The position numbers were made by a program, and so were the translations under genes. A stretch of DNA of 64,000 nucleotides from Eubacteriales bacterium (GTDB taxonomy: Bacteria > Bacillota > Clostridia > Oscillospirales > CAG-272). Positions 51,463 through 57,118 of the stretch are shown one piece after another (within the stretch, counting starts at the first letter, position 1; each line of letters begins with the position of its first letter). Below the pieces are notes generated by a model, which saw only the letters and a program-made list of their open reading frames with translations, did no database searches and was not told the origin of the DNA. Location of the stretch: assembly GCA_045661325.1 (NCBI GenBank), contig JAZRFK010000093.1:3585-67584 (forward strand). The letters run 5' to 3'.

Positions 51463-52263
51463 ATGAAACCCATTTCTCAAAAAAAATTGTTCCTTCTGGA
51501 TATGGATGGAACCATTTACCTTGACAAAACACTTTTTCCCGATACTATTCCCTTTTTGAACGCCATTAAGGAGGGCGGAGCCAAGCCCTTATACCTGACC
51601 AACAACTCCTCCAAAAGCGTCACCGCTTATATCGATAAGCTTCGCTCTATGGGGATCGAGGCCACGGCAGACAATTTTTTGACCTCCACGGACGCAACCG
51701 TGCGCTATTTAAAGAACCATTATGACGGTAAAAAGCTGTACGCCTTTGGAACCCGTTCCTTTTGCGAGCAATTAACGGAAAGCGGCATTATCATCACCAC
51801 AAAGTTAGAAGACGATATTGCGGCCATCGTTATGGGCAACGATACCGAGCTGACCTTTCAAAAATTGGAGGACGCCTGCATTCTTTTAAATCGCGGCGTG
51901 GACTATATTGCCACCAACCCCGATTTCGTTTGCCCCACCTGGTACGGCTCTGTGCCTGACTGTGGCTCTATTGCCCAGATTTTGCACACCGCCACGGGCA
52001 GAATGCCCCTCTTCATCGGCAAGCCCCAGCCCGAAATGATTTATTTTGCCTTGGAAAAGGAGGGCTTGGAGAAGGATGACGCCGTGATGATTGGCGACCG
52101 CGTCTACACCGACATTGCCGCAGGCGTGAACGCAGGCATCGACACCATTTTCGTCCTCTCGGGCGAAGGCACCGTGGCCGACGCGGAAGCCTCCGCAACC
52201 AAGCCTACCTACATTATGAAAGACATTGGCGAGGTTCGCCGCGCGTTTTTGAATGAGGAATAA
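51463..52263 (+). CDS. HAD-IIA family hydrolase (NagD-like sugar phosphatase)
   Basis: ATG at 51463 follows AGGAAGG. Motif I is LLDMDGTIY, and motif IV region is IGDRVYTDIAAG. Confidence 0.88.
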   Translation: MKPISQKKLFLLDMDGTIYLDKTLFPDTIPFLNAIKEGGAKPLYLTNNSSKSVTAYIDKLRSMGIEATADNFLTSTDATVRYLKNHYDGKKLYAFGTRSFCEQLTESGIIITTKLEDDIAAIVMGNDTELTFQKLEDACILLNRGVDYIATNPDFVCPTWYGSVPDCGSIAQILHTATGRMPLFIGKPQPEMIYFALEKEGLEKDDAVMIGDRVYTDIAAGVNAGIDTIFVLSGEGTVADAEASATKPTYIMKDIGEVRRAFLNEE

Positions 52264-52323
52264 AAAGAAAAAGCGCATTCCTTGAAAAACGGATGCGCTT
52301 TTTTTAAAAAAATCAAAAAACGG

Positions 52324-52352
52324 TAGACATTTTTGAAATTTTGTGCTAATAT
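52324..52352 (+). promoter_or_regulatory. Putative promoter of tRNA-Leu (TAGACA-17-TAATAT, TGn-extended)
   Basis: The hexamers were read directly, with 17-nt spacing. The -10 lies about 27 nt upstream of the mature tRNA 5' end. Confidence 0.4.
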
Positions 52353-52378
52353 AGTGTCGTTGCCTATTAGCAACACCT

Positions 52379-52460
52379 GCGGGTATGGTGGAACGGCAGA
52401 CACGCTGGTCTTAGGAACCAGTTCGTAAGAGTGTGGGTTCAAATCCCACTACCCGCACCA
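52379..52460 (+). tRNA. tRNA-Leu (anticodon UAG), CCA encoded
   Basis: GCGGGTA...TACCCGCACCA forms a perfect acceptor stem. Anticodon stem-loop is CTGGT-CTTAGGA-ACCAG, T arm is GTGGG-TTCAAAT-CCCAC, and there is a long variable region. Confidence 0.9.
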
Positions 52461-52461
52461 G

Positions 52462-52498
52462 AAAAAAGGAACTTTTGTCTACCAAAAGTTCCTTTTTT
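52462..52498 (+). terminator. Terminator-like hairpin after tRNA-Leu (also the first, variable hairpin of ladder element A)
   Basis: AAAAAA-GGAACTTTTG-TCTAC-CAAAAGTTCC-TTTTTT. Confidence 0.8.
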
Positions 52499-52504
52499 GT
52501 TTAT

Positions 52505-52683
52505 CCAAGCCGCAGGCTTGGTATATCATCGACGCGCGAAGCGCGGTGCATATCATCAGCCCCTTTGGGGCTGTATCTCATCACGCGACAGCGTGTATTT
52601 TCCTGCGGCTTGATGATATACAATGCTTCGCATTGATGATATACCGCAACAAGTTGCGGATGATATCCACGCGTTACGGCGTG
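52505..52683 (+). repeat. Hairpin-ladder element, copy A (7 short hairpins separated by 3 GTATATCATC-type and 3 GATGATATAC-type linkers)
   Basis: Read directly from the sequence (see findings for the coordinates of each module). A second copy lies at 53670-53869. Confidence 0.9.
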
Positions 52684-52710
52684 ATTTGGAAGGGAGATTG
52701 CGGAAAATAC

Positions 52711-52739
52711 TTGAAGTGCTTTGCAAAATATGATATAAT
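52711..52739 (+). promoter_or_regulatory. Cassette-1 promoter (TTGAAG-17-TATAAT, TGa-extended)
   Basis: The hexamers have exact 17-nt spacing. The AAGGAG SD at 52748-52753 and the ATG at 52761 follow. Confidence 0.55.
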
Positions 52740-52760
52740 ACCATTCAAAGGAGTGATATT

Positions 52761-53108
52761 ATGGCTAAAAACTATTTATTGATATATTCGGAGCGGCTTG
52801 CGACCGATATCGAATTACTTTGTCAAAATATAAAAGCCACCTCCAACACTCTTTTCCAAATTCGCAAGAGTTCAAGTAGTGTGTACGCAAATATTCGTGA
52901 AGCCAATTACGGACAGAGCAAAGCAGATATGCTTTCGAAATTTGAAATAGCTCTTAAAGAATGTAGTGAAACAGAAGGTTGGTTACAGTTGTTATTTAAT
53001 ATGAATGCCATACATGAAGAAACCTATAAAAATTATCGAAATCTTTGCGGTCGTATCAGACGAATGTTGATTGCGAGTTGTAAAACATTAAAGGAGGATC
53101 TTAAATGA
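52761..53108 (+). CDS. Four-helix-bundle protein (23S rRNA intervening-sequence protein / Avd-like family)
   Basis: 115 aa. The core SSSSVYANIREANYGQSKADMLSKFEIALKECSETEGWLQLL matches the family pattern (SxxSIxANIxEAxGxxSxxDFxxxLxIAxxExxETxxWLxLL). Confidence 0.85.
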   Translation: MAKNYLLIYSERLATDIELLCQNIKATSNTLFQIRKSSSSVYANIREANYGQSKADMLSKFEIALKECSETEGWLQLLFNMNAIHEETYKNYRNLCGRIRRMLIASCKTLKEDLK

Positions 53109-53554
53109 AATTTCGCAGAAACGTCAAAGAAGAAAAGTTTTCCTGTGGAGTAGCAATAGGTGGTCTTGTGTTACTTGCCATACTTTTTGTTATTTTCGTC
53201 ACAACACGCGACAATGCTTTATTGAATTTGATTGTTCCTGCCATACTGATTCCGCCGCTTTCCTTTTTTATAAGCATTTCAATGAAAAAGCAATTTGTCG
53301 AATTTAAGGAAGACAAAATCATTTTGATAAACGGAAACGGACGAGATATTACGATAGATATATCTGAAATTGAAGCAATAATGATACCGTCTGCTACAGC
53401 ACTGAAAAGTAAAATACAGGATAATCCCATTATTCTTAAAAGGCGAGTAATCAAAAACATAATCTCATATAGCATTGAAATTGAAGAATATATAAAGAAA
53501 AATCTAAAAATTGACATAGTCTATTACGACAAATATAGTAGGGCTATAAAATAA
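53105..53554 (+). CDS. Two-TM membrane protein with cytoplasmic beta-rich domain (possibly bacterial PH/DUF304-like)
   Basis: 149 aa. ATGA start/stop overlap with the upstream gene. Two hydrophobic helices are followed by a ~90-aa domain. The bPH assignment rests on architecture only. Confidence 0.6.
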   Translation: MKFRRNVKEEKFSCGVAIGGLVLLAILFVIFVTTRDNALLNLIVPAILIPPLSFFISISMKKQFVEFKEDKIILINGNGRDITIDISEIEAIMIPSATALKSKIQDNPIILKRRVIKNIISYSIEIEEYIKKNLKIDIVYYDKYSRAIK

Positions 53555-53623
53555 TCATTTTTATAGTTGACCTTTTCTTCGCTTTTACCTCGATTTTTGT
53601 CCTTTTATTACGTTTAAGGCAAC

Positions 53624-53663
53624 AAAAAGAGAACATTTGTCAACCGACAAATGTTCTCTTTTT
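53624..53663 (+). terminator. Terminator-like hairpin after cassette 1 (variable first hairpin of ladder element B)
   Basis: AAAAA-GAGAACATTTGTC-AACC-GACAAATGTTCTC-TTTTT. Confidence 0.8.
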
Positions 53664-53669
53664 GTTTAT

Positions 53670-53869
53670 CCAAGCCGCAGGCTTGGTATATCATTGAATG
53701 TATAACGCGCCTGTGGGGAGATATACTTTCGTATATCATCAAGGGCGGCGAGCCGCCCTTGTATCTCATCACGCGACAGCGTGTATTTTCCTGCGGCTTG
53801 ATGATATCCAGCCCTACGGGCTGATGATATACCGCAACAAGTTGCGGATGATATACAAGGCTTTGCCTT
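53670..53869 (+). repeat. Hairpin-ladder element, copy B
   Basis: Same module order and linkers as copy A. Three blocks are identical to A, and four hairpin positions are replaced by unrelated palindromes. Confidence 0.9.
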
Positions 53870-53896
53870 GATTTATTGCCTAAAGTGTGATATAAT
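53868..53896 (+). promoter_or_regulatory. Cassette-2 promoter (TTGATT-17-TATAAT, TGa-extended)
   Basis: The hexamers have exact 17-nt spacing. It sits at the same position relative to the ladder element as the cassette-1 promoter. Confidence 0.55.
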
Positions 53897-53936
53897 TAAC
53901 ACACCGATAAATAAGAATTTGACGGAGGCAGTTACT

Positions 53937-54530
53937 ATGGATGTAATCGATCATTATGATCTGTTGATAGAAGAACAAAACGATCCCTTCCGTGATCCCC
54001 CCGTTTTACAAGAATATATGAGCAAATGGGATGGCGAACCGTTTTTGGAAGCGTTGGAGCTTTCCAAAGATAAGTCAGTTTTGGAAATCGGTATTGGCAC
54101 AGGAAGAATCGCCGTTAAGGTTACTCCGTGCTGCTTAAAGATGACAGGCATTGATATTTCTCCCAAAACCACCCAGCGAGCAAAAGATAATCTAAATGAA
54201 TACAGCAATATTTCCTTCATATGTGGCGATTTTAATGTTCACGAATTTGACGAAACATTCGATGTTATATATTCGTCCCTCACAATGATGCACTTCGAAA
54301 ACAAGGAAGCTGTCATCAACAAGGTTGACAAATTGTTAAATGATAACGGCATCTTTTGCTTATCCATTGATAAAAACCAAAGTGAATATATTGATATGGG
54401 AACTCGCAAAATCAAGGTGTATCCCGATACTCTCGATAATATAACATTGATTATCGAAGAAACCGCAATGTCGGTTGTAAATGTAATTGAAACCGATAAC
54501 GCATACATTATTGTAAGCAGAAAACAATAA
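53937..54530 (+). CDS. Class I SAM-dependent methyltransferase (small-molecule/Methyltransf_11/25-like)
   Basis: ATG at 53937 follows GACGGAGG. Motif I is VLEIGIGTGRIA, and post-I is the acidic GID. No DPPY/NPPY or cytosine-C5 motifs were seen. Confidence 0.8.
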   Translation: MDVIDHYDLLIEEQNDPFRDPPVLQEYMSKWDGEPFLEALELSKDKSVLEIGIGTGRIAVKVTPCCLKMTGIDISPKTTQRAKDNLNEYSNISFICGDFNVHEFDETFDVIYSSLTMMHFENKEAVINKVDKLLNDNGIFCLSIDKNQSEYIDMGTRKIKVYPDTLDNITLIIEETAMSVVNVIETDNAYIIVSRKQ

Positions 54531-54560
54531 ATCAAATTCCAATTTATCGAGTGGCACACT

Positions 54561-54615
54561 TGGTGTACTTTTAGTCGTTCTTACCCCACTTTACGCACCT
54601 TTTGGTCGTTCTTTT
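54561..54615 (+). repeat. Direct repeat C1 (~55 bp), left boundary of cassette 3
   Basis: TGGTGTACTTTTAGTCGTTCTTACCCCACTTTACGCACCTTTTGGTCGTTCTTTT. It aligns without gaps to 57064-57118, with 6 mismatches. Confidence 0.85.
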
Positions 54616-54733
54616 CATATTTTCGGCACAATTTAGGGAAAATCAAAGCAAAATACAGGTAAATTAGGCGCTGCAGCGGTCGCAAGGACTGTCGCAGCGT
54701 TGTTTTTATGCCCGCAGCAGCGTAAAAATGGGC

Positions 54734-54753
54734 TGTACTTTTTGTCGTTCTTT
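54734..54753 (+). repeat. Partial third copy of the C-repeat 5' part (TGTACTTTTTGTCGTTCTTT)
   Basis: Matches C1 positions 54564-54583, apart from 54576 and the final base. Confidence 0.7.
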
Positions 54754-54833
54754 GCTCAAATAAAGAACAGCAAAAACATTGCGTCATGAGAGAGTTGAAC
54801 CAAAATGCTTGTAAACCTTTTCACCGTTTCCTA

Positions 54834-54862
54834 TTTACAAAAGTAAGGTATTATGCTATACT
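54834..54862 (+). promoter_or_regulatory. Cassette-3 promoter (TTTACA-17-TATACT, TGc-extended)
   Basis: The hexamers have 17-nt spacing. The GAGGAAGGA SD and the ATG at 54908 lie downstream. Confidence 0.45.
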
Positions 54863-54907
54863 TATTCTGTATAAGTATAAATATAGTGAGGAAGGATAAC
54901 CGTTGCT

Positions 54908-56737
54908 ATGAACATAAAAAATATCAATGTTAACAAATACCCGATTTCGCAAATGTTAGACCCCGAGTCGAAAATTGTCTTTGAAATTCCGAAATACCAG
55001 CGTGAGTACATCTGGGGTGCACATCAATGGGAACAGCTGTTTGATGACCTCTCGGAAAACAACAACGGTTACTTTTTAGGATCGATAATTTGTATAAATA
55101 CGACTGTCGATTCAATCAATTCTCCGAAGTTTGAAGTCGTTGACGGACAACAGCGTCTCACAACGATCAGCATTTTTATGACTGCGCTTTATTCCGAACT
55201 TTTTAAGCTGTACGATCAATTAGACGAAGACCAGCAGGCAGATGTCCTTCAAATCAAGCGCAGACTGGTATTGAAAAAGACTGAGTCTGGAATTCGTATC
55301 ATACCGCAGGTGCAGAACAGTAACTTCGACGATTATATGGGATTGCTTGCCGAAAACAAACTAATTGCACCGAGAAGCATGCCAAAATTCGCAGGCAATA
55401 GAAGAATTGTTAAAGCGTACTGGTATTTCAAAAAGCGCATTGAAGCAGAAATTGCGGAAAGCGACGATGCAGTTGCAAAGCTGTTCGATATATTGGATAA
55501 GGTAAATTCGGCTATTCTGGTAATGATTGATGTATCGAATCATGCGGACGCATATACCCTTTTCGAATCGCTCAATAATCGTGGAACACCGCTTACGGCA
55601 GTTGACCTCATCAAAAATCTGCTTCTGTCGAAGCTCGATGTCAATGACAGCGAAAACCTCGATTACTATTTTACCCGTTGGACTGAAGTGATAGATTATA
55701 TCGGGGACGATTACTCGGTACAAGAGCGTTTCTTTCGACAAAACTACAATGCGTTTAGAAGCGCAATAAACGCACCTTTTATTAAGGATAAGGACGATCG
55801 TAAGTATCCGCTCGGACCTCTCGCAACACGGTCGACAATGCTCGATATTTACGAACGCATGGTAGTACGTAATCCAAAAGAATTTTTGGAAGTTATACTG
55901 GAACATGCAAGAATTTATTCGGGCATTATACTTCGCAACACCGAGGGTTTAGATCCTGTATTAAAGGAACGCTACCTTGATTTACAAAGAGCACAAGGTG
56001 CGCCGTCATATCTGCTTTTGATGTACCTTACAAAGAACAGTAAAACTTTAGGACTCACAGAAACGGATATGGTCGCAATAAGCGGTTTGCTGGTTCGTTT
56101 CTTCGTGCGCCGAAACTTAACAGACACGCCTCCTACTAGAGACTTAACCCGTTTGTTCATGCTGTTTATCGAAGAATTTGAACAGAACGGATACACCGGC
56201 ACAGATATTTACAATGCGCTTCGTGAAAAGCTTATCAGCTGCACAGCCAGCGATGAACTGTTTGAAGAAAAGCTTCGCGGGTCTGTTTACGCAGAAAACT
56301 TCGGCGTAACGCGTTTTGTGCTTTGTGCCTTGGCGAAAAAAGGCATGACAGTAGAGACGCAGGTGGACCTTTGGCGCATGAATAACAACAACCAGTATGT
56401 CTGGACGATTGAGCACATTTTCCCGCAGGGACAAAACATCCCAGATCATTGGGTAGATATGATAGCAGATGGTGATTCAGACAAAGCAAAGGAAATTCAA
56501 ACGCTTTATGTACACACATTCGGCAACCTCACGATCACAGGATACAACAGCACTTTAAGTAATAGGCCATTCGAAGATAAAAAGAATCATAAAGATTCCA
56601 ACGGCAATTACATTGGTTATAGAAACGGGTTGAATTTGAACGCCGATGTTTGCGACAAGGAAGCATGGACGCTCGATATTATCAAAGCGCGTACAGATAG
56701 ACTCGTAAAAGAAATTTTGGCTGAATTTCAGCTATAA
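54908..56737 (+). CDS. DUF262/DUF1524 two-domain nuclease (GmrSD-like type IV restriction family)
   Basis: 609 aa. N-terminal ParB-like DUF262 domain with the VVDGQQRLTT motif. C-terminal His-Me finger DUF1524 with WTIEHIFPQ ... HTFGNLT. Confidence 0.88.
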   Translation: MNIKNINVNKYPISQMLDPESKIVFEIPKYQREYIWGAHQWEQLFDDLSENNNGYFLGSIICINTTVDSINSPKFEVVDGQQRLTTISIFMTALYSELFKLYDQLDEDQQADVLQIKRRLVLKKTESGIRIIPQVQNSNFDDYMGLLAENKLIAPRSMPKFAGNRRIVKAYWYFKKRIEAEIAESDDAVAKLFDILDKVNSAILVMIDVSNHADAYTLFESLNNRGTPLTAVDLIKNLLLSKLDVNDSENLDYYFTRWTEVIDYIGDDYSVQERFFRQNYNAFRSAINAPFIKDKDDRKYPLGPLATRSTMLDIYERMVVRNPKEFLEVILEHARIYSGIILRNTEGLDPVLKERYLDLQRAQGAPSYLLLMYLTKNSKTLGLTETDMVAISGLLVRFFVRRNLTDTPPTRDLTRLFMLFIEEFEQNGYTGTDIYNALREKLISCTASDELFEEKLRGSVYAENFGVTRFVLCALAKKGMTVETQVDLWRMNNNNQYVWTIEHIFPQGQNIPDHWVDMIADGDSDKAKEIQTLYVHTFGNLTITGYNSTLSNRPFEDKKNHKDSNGNYIGYRNGLNLNADVCDKEAWTLDIIKARTDRLVKEILAEFQL

Positions 56738-56742
56738 AGAGA

Positions 56743-57063
56743 ATGAACATGGCAAATAGTTCAGTAATAAGGATATTGAAGCTGTACAAATTACTTCGCC
56801 AGGAAACCAACGAACAACACCCCCTGCTTGCCACTACGGTTTGTCAGCGTTTAGTTGAACAAGGTATTCCCTGCGACCGCAGGACATTAACACGAAATGC
56901 CAGAACGCTTAACGATTACGGTTACGAAGTAATGGACAGATTGGTTGGGCATGAAAAAGCTTACGCTGATATAAAATCGCAGCTGGTGGAATTGCTTGCA
57001 AAGCTGGCAGCGCTCATCAGCGAGAAGAAGCACATGTTCGGCGGCGGATACGCGTTCTTCTAA
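56743..57063 (+). CDS. HTH regulator fragment (N-terminal wHTH of the WYL/BrxR-like class, no WYL domain)
   Basis: 106 aa. IRILKLYKLLRQETNEQHPLLATTVCQRLVEQGIPCDRRTLTRNARTLNDYGYEV resembles the HTH_11-type N-terminus of WYL regulators. The ORF stops exactly at repeat C2. Confidence 0.55.
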   Translation: MNMANSSVIRILKLYKLLRQETNEQHPLLATTVCQRLVEQGIPCDRRTLTRNARTLNDYGYEVMDRLVGHEKAYADIKSQLVELLAKLAALISEKKHMFGGGYAFF

Positions 57064-57118
57064 TGGTGTACTTTGGGTCGTTCTTCCCCCACCTTACGCA
57101 CCGTTTGGTCGCTCTTTC
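57064..57118 (+). repeat. Direct repeat C2, right boundary of cassette 3
   Basis: TGGTGTACTTTGGGTCGTTCTTCCCCCACCTTACGCACCGTTTGGTCGCTCTTTC, the partner of 54561-54615. Confidence 0.85.

Noticed and set aside
52612-52668. UGAUGA within the right-hand linkers as C-box/kink-turn motifs
   Set aside because: Only two of the three linkers give a full UGAUGA, and there is no matching CUGA D-box. This is most simply a by-product of the linker sequence.
52431-52782. Several 60-78-aa ORFs on both strands crossing the tRNA and ladder element A
   Set aside because: They overlap the tRNA and the hairpin array, lack an RBS, and their frames are not preserved in copy B despite conserved DNA blocks.
52761-53108. 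Four-helix-bundle gene as part of a diversity-generating retroelement (Avd)
   Set aside because: No reverse transcriptase gene and no template/variable repeat pair are visible anywhere in the island.
52505-53869. Ladder elements as a CRISPR array
   Set aside because: The repeats are only 10 bp. The intervening 13-20-bp units are themselves palindromes. The repeats switch orientation mid-array. No cas genes or leader are present.
52505-53869. Ladder elements as integron attC sites
   Set aside because: No intI or attI is in the window, and I see no GTTRRRY core sites. The cassettes carry their own promoters, and the structure is far more complex than the R''-L''/L'-R' bulged hairpin. The analogy (conserved structure, variable sequence) is kept only as a hypothesis.
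54581-54787. 68-aa minus-strand ORF between the methyltransferase and the DUF262 gene
   Set aside because: It is built largely from the C-repeat copies (the KND... peptides derive from GTCGTTCTT). No RBS. The same repeat at 57064 is not in an equivalent ORF.
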